Positions 40,682-50,677 of a DNA stretch of 64,000 nt are shown here, piece after piece (position 1 is the stretch's first letter; the number at the start of each line of letters is the position of its first letter). This DNA comes from an uncultured Chloroflexia bacterium (GTDB lineage: Bacteria; Chloroflexota; Ktedonobacteria; Ktedonobacterales; JADMIN01), in contig CAVRAI010000015.1 in assembly GCA_963718915.1 (NCBI GenBank), forward strand, positions 167,812 through 231,811, written 5' to 3'. Below the pieces are notes generated by a model, which was not told the origin of the DNA, ran no database searches, and saw only the letters and a program-made list of their open reading frames with translations. Both the position numbers and the translations under genes were made by a program.

Positions 40682-40758
40682 TGGTGGGCGATACAGAACT
40701 CGAATCTGTGACCTCCACGATGTCAACGTGGCGCTCTAACCAACTGAGCTAATCGCCC
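40682..40758 (-). tRNA. tRNA-Val (anticodon GAC), CCA encoded
   Basis: Hand-folded cloverleaf: acceptor gggcgat/atcgccc, D stem gctc/gagc, anticodon stem ccacg/cgtgg with loop ttGACat, T stem acaga/tctgt with loop ttcgagt. Confidence 0.9.
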
Positions 40759-40844
40759 GCGCAGGGAAAGTGTACCATTGCGAGCACGCCAGCGTCAAGC
40801 GTTGAGAAATGGGATGATATTGAGATTTTATGGTATTCGGCCTA

Positions 40845-41957
40845 CTATAGAATGGTCAACCCATCGACGCTAGGCAAATCTTCCCATCTCATTGGTTCCG
40901 TTGGCCTTTGCATTTCCGCTCCTCGCAACTCATCGAGCCAGCTTGCTAAGCCTTCCCAAAGCGCTCTGCCTGGAGCGCCTTGAAGCTCCGATATTTCAGC
41001 CATATATCGCACATGGTTAGCCATCCAGGGGTGCTGGATATCATCCCAATAGCGTTTTATCCATTCTGCTAAAGTCCGTTCGTCCCCGCTATTGAGCGCG
41101 GTAAGCAATGCATCAAGTCCGCGTAGATCCGCGAGGGGAACATTTGCCGCCTCCATGATGCCGAGTTCTCTATTAGATTGCCAAAATTGTTCAGCGTTGG
41201 AGTCCCATATTAGTCTATCAAAGGCTACATCAATACCATGCATACGCGCTTGTTCTAGTAATCGCAAGTGTCTCCACATATGCTTTCCAAGACTCCTGTC
41301 CGATTGCCAGGCATCCCGAGTTGCGCTACGAAGCGCATCAAGCGCTGAGTTGGAGAGCAATATGTTGTAGTTATCCCGAACACGCTGCTGCGCATCAGAC
41401 CAGTTGCTGGTCGTGAGGAATTCTGCAATGGAACGTCGCGGCTCGCCCATGTGCTGCAGCGCTTCCTCTTTGCTAGGTCGCCACTGAGAAACAATGTCTT
41501 GGATATCTTGACCACGAGCAATAGCCTCAACCAACCGAGCCGCATGCTCAAAGTTAACAGATCCAACCGTTGCCAATTCCACGGGAAACCGACTTTGATG
41601 ATGAACTAACTCCAGAGCTACAGGCTGACGAAATTGATCCACGTACTCAGCAAGTACATGGTAAATCGCACGTTCGTCACCTGTGCTTATAGCAGTCAAC
41701 AGCGCGTATACACCTGTCCGGGTCTGAAGGGGAGTAGCAGATCGCTCTAATGCGACACTGATATCGCGAACGTACTCAATCGGCTGACTGTATACTTCGA
41801 TAGTGGCCTCGATTCCATGCTCCCGCACACGTTGCAATAGTTTCTTCATTTGCCAGAGAAAATCTGCCATTGTCCTGTCGCCCTGCTCCCAGGATCGTTC
41901 AATATCCTGCTCCAGGGCATCCAGTGTTGCGCGGGCGGTCAAGACGACATGATTCAT
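40845..41957 (-). CDS. Hypothetical protein made of two tandem repeats of an unrecognised helical domain (about 170 aa each)
   Basis: LDALEQDIERSWEQGDR..MADFLWQMKKLLQRVREHGIE...LLTAISTGDERAI parallels LDALRSATRDAWQSDRS..GKHMWRHLRLLEQARMHGID...LLTALNSGDERTL. About 43% GC. Start uncertain (41957 or up to 42227). Confidence 0.5.
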   Translation of the reverse strand: MNHVVLTARATLDALEQDIERSWEQGDRTMADFLWQMKKLLQRVREHGIEATIEVYSQPIEYVRDISVALERSATPLQTRTGVYALLTAISTGDERAIYHVLAEYVDQFRQPVALELVHHQSRFPVELATVGSVNFEHAARLVEAIARGQDIQDIVSQWRPSKEEALQHMGEPRRSIAEFLTTSNWSDAQQRVRDNYNILLSNSALDALRSATRDAWQSDRSLGKHMWRHLRLLEQARMHGIDVAFDRLIWDSNAEQFWQSNRELGIMEAANVPLADLRGLDALLTALNSGDERTLAEWIKRYWDDIQHPWMANHVRYMAEISELQGAPGRALWEGLASWLDELRGAEMQRPTEPMRWEDLPSVDGLTIL

Positions 41958-42313
41958 CCGTATGATCTCGCACCTCATATCGAAGGTCGATGCTGAGAAT
42001 AGTAATAGCAACGCATCGCGGTAGGGCAATGATGAAATCGAATCGGTAGTATTTCCCCACATTGACATCGTTCGCAACCTCCTGAATCCGAGAAGAGAGC
42101 AGACAACGTTAGTAGTGGTGGCAGTGGACTTGGTAAGGCGATTGCTCTGCCATTGGCTGAAAGATGCATTCCGCGACAATTGATAAACTGGTCGTTCGAT
42201 TCTAGCAGTAATGCAGTGATTCGGCAAGTTGTATAGGTCGCTCCATCGAGTGATTGTTAAAGGTTCGGTCGCCAGCCGCTGATTCGCCTGTCGCCGGAAA
42301 CGGACGCCATATG

Positions 42314-43606
42314 CTACGAGCCATGCGGCGAATTATCAGGTCGGGCGCGCTCCTGGGGAGAGAGCCAGAGCGAGACGTGTGCGGGCTGCATTGTGGAATC
42401 TACCGTGGTTAGAAGCTGCTCGGTAAGCTCGCTCAGATCGACGCTGCCGCGCAATGTGCTGCTGAAGGCGGCGATAGTGTGGGCCGCGTCGTATGTGCGG
42501 CGGTAGAAGCGGCGGTCGATGACCGACTGAATGCGACGGCGTAGCGGCTGGAAGAGCGCGGCAATCAGCAGAGTCGAGACGACGATCACCGGCGTGCTGT
42601 TCTGGTGGCCTGTCAGGTCGCGCGCCAGCGTCTCAAGCAGCACGACACTCCCAAAGTAGAGCGCGGCAAGAACGCCAGTCAAAAGGCCATAGACCAGCGT
42701 GCGATTGATGAGGGCGTCAATATCCCAGAGCTGTGAGCGCAGAATCGCAACCGCGAATGAGAGCGGAATAAATGCCACCAGCACTGTCTGGATGACGTTA
42801 CCCACCATATAGACGAGCGCGCCTGCCTTGAAGAAGATTGTCAGCACGACGTAGAGCACGATGATCTCAAGCAGGACGCCGCCGAGACCTACAACCATCC
42901 CATAGACCACCCACTTCGTCTGCTGGCGCTCGCGTGGTGTGGAGACCCGGCGATAGCGCACAATCTGCGCGATAACCAGGGTGGACTCCAGGAGTAGAAA
43001 CAGGATGAAGGACAGGACGGCTATCACCGGTATGCCATTCGTCACGACGGGCGACGCAAAGATATCCGCTGCCCAGTAGATGACTCCGATGACAAAGACC
43101 CAGCGCATCCAGCGGGGAGCAAAGCTGCCGCTTGGAAAGAGATAGAAGACCAGGCTGATGCAGATGTCGCCGCCGAACTGAAGCGTGTTGACCGCGAATT
43201 GCCACGAGGTCGGCAGCGCTATCAGGTTGACGTTGTTGATGGCGATTGGCCCCAGCAGCAACGTATAGGCAACCAGCAGCGCCACGCGATTATCCGCCCT
43301 GCGCAGAAAAATGATGAGGGCGACGACCGCAAAGATGAGCCATGAGATGAGTGAGAGTGCGACGGTGAAATGCGCGTAGGCGTCGAGCGAAAGCCCAAGG
43401 GCGATGAGATCGCTGCCATTGGCGCTGGCGGTCAGCTGGCCGCCGAAATCTGGCGCATCGCTGGTGGGCAGCACATGATGGAGCGCGGCGAAGTAGGGTG
43501 GAATGCTGGCAAGGGTGAGTCCGAGCGTCGCAATAGCCAGCACGATCCAGCCGATCTGCGCCAGGTGCAGCCAGAATGTCGAACGCTGGAGTAATCTCGC
43601 CTTCAT
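42314..43606 (-). CDS. Polytopic membrane protein (about 10 TM) with cytoplasmic C-terminal domain
   Basis: Multiple hydrophobic helices. C-terminus DRRFYRRTYDAAHTIAAF...LSELTEQLL resembles the linker preceding kinase cores, but no kinase domain is present. ATG 43606. Confidence 0.55.
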   Translation of the reverse strand: MKARLLQRSTFWLHLAQIGWIVLAIATLGLTLASIPPYFAALHHVLPTSDAPDFGGQLTASANGSDLIALGLSLDAYAHFTVALSLISWLIFAVVALIIFLRRADNRVALLVAYTLLLGPIAINNVNLIALPTSWQFAVNTLQFGGDICISLVFYLFPSGSFAPRWMRWVFVIGVIYWAADIFASPVVTNGIPVIAVLSFILFLLLESTLVIAQIVRYRRVSTPRERQQTKWVVYGMVVGLGGVLLEIIVLYVVLTIFFKAGALVYMVGNVIQTVLVAFIPLSFAVAILRSQLWDIDALINRTLVYGLLTGVLAALYFGSVVLLETLARDLTGHQNSTPVIVVSTLLIAALFQPLRRRIQSVIDRRFYRRTYDAAHTIAAFSSTLRGSVDLSELTEQLLTTVDSTMQPAHVSLWLSPQERARPDNSPHGS

Positions 43607-43834
43607 CGGATGTGCGCTCGTTTCTTCGCCAGTGAGTTGCGCGTAGTGTACCGCGTTTAGGGTGTTGTGTGACTCAGTATACGGATGCACCGTTACGGCA
43701 CCGTTACGGGAATTCCTCACCATCGGCAACAGGAAGGCGGTGTAGCGTGTATATCGCTCGGCGAAGAGAAAGAAGCCCCTCCCACTCTCTCCACGCCGAG
43801 AGAATAAGGAGAGGCTTCGTGTGTTCTGGGTGTG

Positions 43835-45481
43835 TTATCCGACGGTCGCGGGCACGGGTTCCTCCGTGGGCGTTTCGCTGGTGGCCATCGGGCGGTTACG
43901 GCCCGGCAGGAGCAGCGACATCGCCAGCAGGATGAACGAGCCGAAGAAGATCAGCCAGAAGATGCTCTGGATGGCCGCAGTCCCCGCCTGGACGCCAATC
44001 TGTGTCTCGATGGCGCGTAGTATCGGCGCTAGCGCGGGATTGCTCGGGTTGAGCGCGCCCGCTCCCTGGCCCGCCGCTGCCTGCAACTGCGTGAGAAGAT
44101 TGGTTGCCTGCGAGCGCGTGTTGTCGATCAGCACCGTCGTCAGGATGGCCACGCCGATGGACGAGAAGATGAACTTGGTGGACATGACCAGCGACGATGC
44201 TTTGGCGAGCGCCTCGCCCTTCAGCGCTTCGAGCGCGAGCGTCTGCACCGAGATGGCGATCATGGCGAACCCTACCCCAATCAGGAGCAGCGGCCAGCGC
44301 ACGTCCGCGGCGGCGGCGGTCGCCGGAATCGCGGCATGAGTCTGAACGGAGGCGAGGATCTGGCGGCCATCCGCTGTCGTGTGAATGATCTGGGTCAGCA
44401 GCCACGCGCTCGCAATCGAGATGGCCGCGCCACCAAAGACAACCCAGCGTGGCCCAACGGCACGGTAGAGCGCGGCGGCAATAATGGTGCCGAGCAACGT
44501 GCCCGCGCCCAGCGGCGCCATCGCCACGCCAGTATCGAGCGCCGAGAGATTCGGCAGGTGAATGGCTTCGAGGTAGAGTGGCAGCAAGACCAGCAGACCG
44601 AACGTGATGAGCGCCGCCGTCCAGCTGATCAGGTTGCTAATCAGGAAGTCGCGCCGGGCGAACTGGCGCAGGTCCAGCGCGGGATCGCGGCTGATGCGGA
44701 GCGAGTAGAAGGCGAAGATTACCAGCGCCACCGCGCCGCCGCCTATGAGCGCCCAGACTGGCCAGTAGCCCCAGCCGTAGAGATCGCCACCCGGATTCGC
44801 CGCGGTGACGGTGTCGGGATTGGTCGTCGCAACCAGCTTCAGCCCGTAGAGTATGGCGATGATACCAAGCGTCGAGAGGCCCAGGCCAACGTAGTCGAAC
44901 CGGCCAACGGATCGATCGGCGGCGCTATCAGCGGGCAAGACCAGCAGCGCCAGCAGTATCGCGATGATGCACACAGGCAGGTTGACGACGAAAATGCTAT
45001 GCCAGTCGAAGGTGTCGGTCAGGTAGCCACCGAGAATTGGGCCAAATACCGGCGCGAACAGGATTGGAATGGCGATCAGGGCGCTGGCCCGCGCGCGCTG
45101 CTCCTGCGGGAACTGGTCGAATGCCACCGCCGTCCCGATGGGGAGCAGCATGCCGCCGCCGATGCCCTGCACTACGCGGAAGGCGATCAGCCAGCCGATG
45201 CCAGGTGAGATGGCGCACAACAGCGAGCCAATCGTGAAGATGGAAAGGCCTGCGATAAAGATGCGCTTGCGCCCGAAGCGGCTCGCCAGATAGCCACCGA
45301 CGGCGACGACGGAGGCGTTTGCCAGAAAGAACCCGGTGACGATCCACTGAGCGGTGTTGATGTCTGTATGTAGGTCGTCGCGAATTGGGTTGAGTGCGAC
45401 GGTAACGATGGTGGTGTCCAGCACGACGGGAATCAGTCCCAGTGCGGCCACTATGGCGATGAGATAGCGATTGCGCCTCAT
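43835..45481 (-). CDS. MFS transporter, DHA2 (EmrB/QacA, 14-TM) type
   Basis: LDTTIVTVAL, GYLASRFGRKRIF (motif A), VVQGIGGGMLLP. Confidence 0.85.
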   Translation of the reverse strand: MRRNRYLIAIVAALGLIPVVLDTTIVTVALNPIRDDLHTDINTAQWIVTGFFLANASVVAVGGYLASRFGRKRIFIAGLSIFTIGSLLCAISPGIGWLIAFRVVQGIGGGMLLPIGTAVAFDQFPQEQRARASALIAIPILFAPVFGPILGGYLTDTFDWHSIFVVNLPVCIIAILLALLVLPADSAADRSVGRFDYVGLGLSTLGIIAILYGLKLVATTNPDTVTAANPGGDLYGWGYWPVWALIGGGAVALVIFAFYSLRISRDPALDLRQFARRDFLISNLISWTAALITFGLLVLLPLYLEAIHLPNLSALDTGVAMAPLGAGTLLGTIIAAALYRAVGPRWVVFGGAAISIASAWLLTQIIHTTADGRQILASVQTHAAIPATAAAADVRWPLLLIGVGFAMIAISVQTLALEALKGEALAKASSLVMSTKFIFSSIGVAILTTVLIDNTRSQATNLLTQLQAAAGQGAGALNPSNPALAPILRAIETQIGVQAGTAAIQSIFWLIFFGSFILLAMSLLLPGRNRPMATSETPTEEPVPATVG

Positions 45482-45787
45482 GGCAGTGTTCTCCCTCCTC
45501 TAGAATGACGCACCGCTCGCCACCTGGAGTGTAGCGCGGCTTGCGGTGGAAGCTGTTCATAGCTGCATCGTAGCCGCCTCAGGCGGTGGTGTCCCCATGC
45601 GGAAGGATGGTTGAGAGGATGGTTTTCGAAGATGGGCTGGTGTGGTGGGCTGGCCCCTGAGTTGAGGTCATACGAGAGTGCGGCATAAGTCAACCGCAAC
45701 GTTGGAACGGACAATGCGGTTGTTATTTAAGAGATGGTTGGGACAGCGCGTAGCAGATTTGTATTCACATGAGAAGGGCAGACAAAC

Positions 45788-46159
45788 ATGGATTGGAAGC
45801 TCGAACTGGTGGCGATCCCTGTATCGGATGTGGATCGGGCGAAAGCGTTTTATACCGAGAAGGCCGGATTCCATGCGGATCACGATTATCAGGTGAGTGA
45901 GGGACTTCGGTTCGTGCAGTTGACCCCGCCAGGGTCGGCGTGCTCGATTGCCATCGGCGAAGGCATCACCGAGGCGGCGCCAGGCTCTGTGCAGGGCATG
46001 CAGATCGTGGTATCAGACATCGACGCCGCACGCACGGAACTGCTTGAGCGTGGCGTGGAGGTCGGCGACGTGCAGGATTTCCCCTGGGGTAAGTTTGTCT
46101 TCTTCAACGATCCAGATGGCAATCGTTGGGCAGTGCAGGCGATCCCTCCCCGCTCCTGA
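45788..46159 (+). CDS. VOC/glyoxalase-family protein
   Basis: LVAIPVSDVDRAKAFY...FFNDPDGNRWAV. Confidence 0.8.
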   Translation: MDWKLELVAIPVSDVDRAKAFYTEKAGFHADHDYQVSEGLRFVQLTPPGSACSIAIGEGITEAAPGSVQGMQIVVSDIDAARTELLERGVEVGDVQDFPWGKFVFFNDPDGNRWAVQAIPPRS

Positions 46160-46181
46160 GGTCGAGGCGCGGGCTATGCGC

Positions 46182-49100
46182 TCAGGCGATCAGCCGTAGC
46201 TCGCGGGCGCGCGCCACTGCCTGCATCCGGCCACGGACGCCCAGCTTGCGGTAGATGTGCGCGACGTGCCACTTGACGGTGCTAAGCGCGAGCACCAGAT
46301 CGCCCGCAATCTCCTCATTCGAGCGCCCCGTCGCCAGCAGCCGCAACACGTCTGCCTCGCGTGGCGATAGGACGTCTAGCGGACTAATAAGCGTGGGAAC
46401 ATCAACGGTGCGGCCAAACGCCACCAGCAGCCCGCGCGCATGCTCGCGTTCGCGTGATGATGCGATTGACGCTGGCTTGCTGGCCAGGTAGTGCGCCAGC
46501 AGGTCGGCCATGACCTCGCCTTCGTCGAGGAAGACGCGCACGAATCCTTCAGGCGCGCCGATGGTAAGGGCGCCGTGTAACATGCAGGTCGCCGTTTCGG
46601 TATCGCCAGCCAGCCAGCTTGCCAGCGCCAGCAGCATCCGCGCCTCCATCAGATTGCGCCACTGCCCGGTGTCATTCGCCCGTTGCGCCACTTGCTCCAT
46701 GAGGGCGCTGGCCGCGTCGATTTCCCCCCTAGCCAGCAGGACACGGGCTATGGAGAGGTCTTCGAGGTCATTCATAAACGCCAGCGGCGCCGTCGGACCG
46801 GGATCACCTTGCTGGCGGCTGCGCAGACGCCCCTCGGCCCAGCGGCTCGCCTCGTCCAGCTTGCCGGACGCGATCAGCACGCGGGCGCGCACGATTTCCA
46901 TCTGATTGAGATCCCAGGGCGCCAGTTGCCTCATTTGTACCATCGTGCGAATCCGTTCGAGGGTGGTTAGCGCCTCGTCATAGCGGCCGCGCGCATAGAG
47001 CACCTGCGCCAGATAGTTCAGTCCATCGTTGATGTACTCCGGGCTGCCCGTGTCTTCGCTGATGGCCACCGCGCGCCGCAGCAGGGTTTCGGCGGTGTCG
47101 AGTTCGTTCCATTCGCGGCGAATCTCGCCATGGATGCAATAGCTCATCGCAGCAAGCGGTATATCCTCATCCGGCAGCATCCGCAGCGCCTCGGCGCAGA
47201 CCTGCGCGGCCTCGCGGAGCCGACACTGGTAGACGAGCGCGCTCGCTTTCGTGACCAGCGCGATAAACGCCACCAGCATATTGCCACCACGGCGGCTGTC
47301 TTCGGCTACCTCGCCAATGGTGCGCTCAGCCTCGGCGAGATTGCCCTCACCAAAGACGCCAATAACATGGCTAATCCAGAGTGTCAAAGCGCGTAACAGT
47401 CGGTCGCTCGGCGGTAATTGCAGCAATGCTTCCTGCGCCTGCGTCGCGCCACCCAGAATGTCACCCGACCAGAGCGCCAGAAACGAGCGGACCGCAGCAA
47501 ATTCGCCACGGATATTGGCCGGTAGGCCATCCTTCCCGCCATAGCGCTTTTCCAGGGCATCCAGCCACGCGACGGCGTCAGGCTCCTCGCCCTGCAAGAG
47601 CAGCGCCACGGCAAAGAGCAGGCAGAGGTGCGGATGAGCCAGGATGACATCGCGTGGCAGCGAGCGCCCCCATCGTGCCATCCCCGCCACCTCGCCGTGC
47701 AGCACCAGGCGGTCGCTCTCCTGTTCGATGTGCGCCGCCGCCTCCGCGAACAATCCGGCGGCCAGCAGATGGCGGATAGCGTCGTCGGGCATGCCATGCT
47801 GCCAGAGCCAGTCTGCCGCGCGCTCGTGGCACTGTTTCACGCTCTCGGGCATTCGCCGCTCCAGCCGCTCGCGCAATACCTCGGCGAAGAGATGGTGATA
47901 GCGATACCAGGTCTGCGCGGCGTCGAGCGGGGTGACGAAGAGTTGCTCCTGCGTCAGCTGCGCGAGCAAGACGGCGCTGTCGTTACGTCCCGTCACGGCG
48001 TCGCAGAGCGGGCCGGTCAGGCGCTCCAGCGGCGAGGTCAGCAGCAGAAACGCCTGGATGTCGTCGGGCTGGCGCTCCAGCACCTCGTCTATCAGGAACT
48101 CGGCGATGTAGCGTGGCGTCGCGGAGCCATCGGTCGCGAGATTGGGGACACCCTGCTGGTTGCGCAGCGAGAGCGCGGCGAGTTGCAGGCCAGCCACCCA
48201 GCCTTCTGTGCGCTCTTCGAGATGCGCCAGTTGCTCCGGCGGCAGGGTGACGCGCATCGTCTCGCGCATGAAGCGGCCTGCTTCGTCCGCCGAAAAGCGC
48301 AGATCGGCGGCGTCTAGCTCGGCAATGCGGCCCTGGGCACGGAGCCGCGCCATCGGAAATGCGGGCGTGGAGCGTGTCGCGACCAGCAGATGGAGCATGG
48401 CCGGCGCGTGCTCGACCAGGAAGACCAGCCCCTGGTCAATGGCTGGCGTCGCCGCGCGGTGGTAGTCGTCAAGCACGAGCAGGATGGGCGTCTTGGCGGC
48501 GGCCAGGTCGTTGATGAGGACAGTCAGCATCCGCTCGATGGGCGCTGGCCGGGGGAGTTCGAGCATGTGGCGGGCGGTGGCGCTGATGTCGGGCTGCGCG
48601 CCGTCCAACGCGGCGAGCGTATATTGCCAGAAGCGGGTGGGATCCTGTTCAGACTCTTCCAGGCTGACCCAGGCAACCCCCCAGCCCTGTTGCCGGACCT
48701 GCTCGCTCGTCATCATCAGCAGGGTGGTCTTGCCAAAGCCAGCGGGCGCGGCGATGATGGCGCAGGGGCGCTCGACGGCTTCGAGGCAGCGGGCCATCAC
48801 CCCCGGGCGCGCCATGAGTGATGGCGTCGCGACCGGCGTGGCGATTTTGGTGGCGATCAGCGGCGAGAGCCAGGCGTCCGCGACGTTTTCCCGTTCGCGC
48901 TTGTCACCGTTCGCGCCCAGCTTTGCCATCTCGGCCAGTGCGCGCGCCGCCTCGTCCAGCCGCTCGGTGGTCAGCTCGACGGAGCGGCCAAGATAGGTCT
49001 TGCGCAGCGTGCCGTCTTGTCGGCGATAGGCATACCAGAAGTGGCTGCCGGAGCGCTCCTCCTGCCGCGCGGTGAAGCGTCCCGCCGCGCCGCGATAGGC

Positions 49101-49214
49101 GAACGACCGCGCCTCGTCCAGCCAGTCGAACCAGTCCGCCGTTCCTACTGGTATTGGCGGGTCGGCTGGGCTTGTCATGAGTATCCCATCGCGAACGGTT
49201 GGCAGTCGTGTCAT
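46182..49214 (-). CDS. MalT/LuxR-type STAND transcriptional regulator (N-terminal domain + AAA ATPase + TPR-like + LuxR HTH)
   Basis: Walker A APAGFGKTTLL. C-terminal LSPREADVLRLLATGRSNEEIAGDLVLALSTVKWHVAHIYRKLGV. GGGGGA RBS before ATG 49214 (track start 49301). Confidence 0.8.
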   Translation of the reverse strand: MTRLPTVRDGILMTSPADPPIPVGTADWFDWLDEARSFAYRGAAGRFTARQEERSGSHFWYAYRRQDGTLRKTYLGRSVELTTERLDEAARALAEMAKLGANGDKRERENVADAWLSPLIATKIATPVATPSLMARPGVMARCLEAVERPCAIIAAPAGFGKTTLLMMTSEQVRQQGWGVAWVSLEESEQDPTRFWQYTLAALDGAQPDISATARHMLELPRPAPIERMLTVLINDLAAAKTPILLVLDDYHRAATPAIDQGLVFLVEHAPAMLHLLVATRSTPAFPMARLRAQGRIAELDAADLRFSADEAGRFMRETMRVTLPPEQLAHLEERTEGWVAGLQLAALSLRNQQGVPNLATDGSATPRYIAEFLIDEVLERQPDDIQAFLLLTSPLERLTGPLCDAVTGRNDSAVLLAQLTQEQLFVTPLDAAQTWYRYHHLFAEVLRERLERRMPESVKQCHERAADWLWQHGMPDDAIRHLLAAGLFAEAAAHIEQESDRLVLHGEVAGMARWGRSLPRDVILAHPHLCLLFAVALLLQGEEPDAVAWLDALEKRYGGKDGLPANIRGEFAAVRSFLALWSGDILGGATQAQEALLQLPPSDRLLRALTLWISHVIGVFGEGNLAEAERTIGEVAEDSRRGGNMLVAFIALVTKASALVYQCRLREAAQVCAEALRMLPDEDIPLAAMSYCIHGEIRREWNELDTAETLLRRAVAISEDTGSPEYINDGLNYLAQVLYARGRYDEALTTLERIRTMVQMRQLAPWDLNQMEIVRARVLIASGKLDEASRWAEGRLRSRQQGDPGPTAPLAFMNDLEDLSIARVLLARGEIDAASALMEQVAQRANDTGQWRNLMEARMLLALASWLAGDTETATCMLHGALTIGAPEGFVRVFLDEGEVMADLLAHYLASKPASIASSREREHARGLLVAFGRTVDVPTLISPLDVLSPREADVLRLLATGRSNEEIAGDLVLALSTVKWHVAHIYRKLGVRGRMQAVARARELRLIA

Positions 49215-49304
49215 CGTATCCCCCACTTTTGGGTAACTTTGGGTAGCCAGAGATATGATAGCACGCGAGGCAGAAAGAACAAGCGGATGTTGGACGGACA
49301 TGTT

Positions 49305-49426
49305 GGGGCGCCGCGCCGTGGCCTAAAGCGCCACGGCTAATCCTGGTGCAACCATTCCCGCTTGCCATCGGAAGAGAGCGCCGAACCAGCGGGGTTAGCC
49401 GCAGGTCTTCAGCCTGCGGCGTGGGG
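49305..49426. repeat. Inverted pair of repeat family R3
   Basis: Forward copy at 49305-49346, ending ...gccacggctaatcctgg. Inverted copy at 49393-49426, ggttagccgcaggtcttcagcctgcggcgtgggg. Compare 27061-27096 and 40315-40350. Confidence 0.75.
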
Positions 49427-49527
49427 TTACCAGCACGCCCCTCCCACAATCGTCCGCTCTCGCGTATACTACGGGTATATCGCGTGTCGCTCGCTTCACC
49501 TGATTCACTTCTTGAGGAGGCTGTCAC

Positions 49528-50676
49528 ATGGCCAACGCCCTGCCGATCTTTGTCAGCCACAGCCACGAGGATGCCGCCTTCTGCCAGGCGCTGGTGACGG
49601 CGCTCCGTGGCGCGGGCGCCGATGTCTGGTATGACGAGCACAATCTAGGCGCGGGCCATCTGATGGACGTCATTCAGCAGGAGCTTGATCGCCGCAAAAT
49701 CTTCATTGTCATCCTCTCGAAGCGCGCCTTCGCCTCCAAATGGGTCAAGCGTGAGACGGGCTGGGCATACTCGCTCTACGACCGCGACCCCACCCGCGTC
49801 ATCTTGCCCGTGACGGCTGCCACCATCGAGCGCGACGACTTTAGCGGCGCGACCGGCTGGCTCTACCTGGAGGAGTTCAAGCGGATCGAGGCGCCAGGCT
49901 ACCAGCCGTACCCGCAGGCCGAGGCGGTGGGCCGCGTGCTCCATGCACTTGCGCTGACCCCAGCAGGCGAGGCGCCTGCCCCAACTGCTCCACAGCCGAG
50001 CGAGAGTGTTGACGACCTACTGACCAAGGGCAAAGCGCTCATGGCACAGCACAAGGTGACAGAACCGATGCGGTTCTTTGAACGGGCCACCGAGATTGAT
50101 CCAAACAATTTCGACGCCTGGGCAAACCTGGGTCGTCTCTATCTGTGGGACGGACAGACGCAGCGGGGGCTTGATGCCATTGACCGGGCACTCACCTTGC
50201 GTGACAACGATCCCTATATCTGGTTTTATCGAGGGCAGAGTATGTTCGGTCTGCAACGCTATGAGGAGGCGCTCGCGTCGTTTGACCATGCACTAGCCCT
50301 GAACCTAGAGGCTGAAGAGGCTCCGAAACACCCGTTTTCCCGTGTCTATCTCTGGTACCACAAGGCTATTGCTTATGAGAAGTTGCAGCGCTACGAAGAG
50401 GCTTTGGATGCTTACGATCGCCAGCTGGCGAGCGATGACCACTACCGAGTTGACAATAGGCTTTGGTTCGGCAAAGGGCGTGCGCTCATAAGCTTAAGGC
50501 GCTACAAAGAGGCGCTCGAAGCTATCGAGAACGCGAGTCGGGGTCTGTTTCTGTATCCCGGGGCCGACAAGCTAGAATTAGAATACTACCGAGACAGAGC
50601 AATTGCTCTGCGCGGATTAGGACGAACTCGTGAAGCGAAGGAGGCTGAGGCGCGTGCGAAGGCACTGGGCGGGTAG
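49528..50676 (+). CDS. TIR-domain protein with C-terminal TPR repeats
   Basis: IFVSHSHEDAAF...IFIVILSKRAFASKWVKRE (TIR, conserved Glu present). At least 5 TPR-like repeats (...YEEALASFDHAL...YEEALDAYDRQL...YKEALEAIENA). GAGGAGG RBS. Confidence 0.8.
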   Translation: MANALPIFVSHSHEDAAFCQALVTALRGAGADVWYDEHNLGAGHLMDVIQQELDRRKIFIVILSKRAFASKWVKRETGWAYSLYDRDPTRVILPVTAATIERDDFSGATGWLYLEEFKRIEAPGYQPYPQAEAVGRVLHALALTPAGEAPAPTAPQPSESVDDLLTKGKALMAQHKVTEPMRFFERATEIDPNNFDAWANLGRLYLWDGQTQRGLDAIDRALTLRDNDPYIWFYRGQSMFGLQRYEEALASFDHALALNLEAEEAPKHPFSRVYLWYHKAIAYEKLQRYEEALDAYDRQLASDDHYRVDNRLWFGKGRALISLRRYKEALEAIENASRGLFLYPGADKLELEYYRDRAIALRGLGRTREAKEAEARAKALGG

Positions 50677-50677
50677 A

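Noticed and set aside
40399-40752. ORFs 40399..40596 (-) and 40477..40752 (+)
   Set aside because: They consist of intergenic repeat modules, and the second runs through the terminator and tRNA-Val.
43821-45208. Plus-strand ORFs of 172 and 290 aa
   Set aside because: They are antisense to the MFS transporter. The translations are Arg/Gln/Glu-rich without TM segments or motifs.
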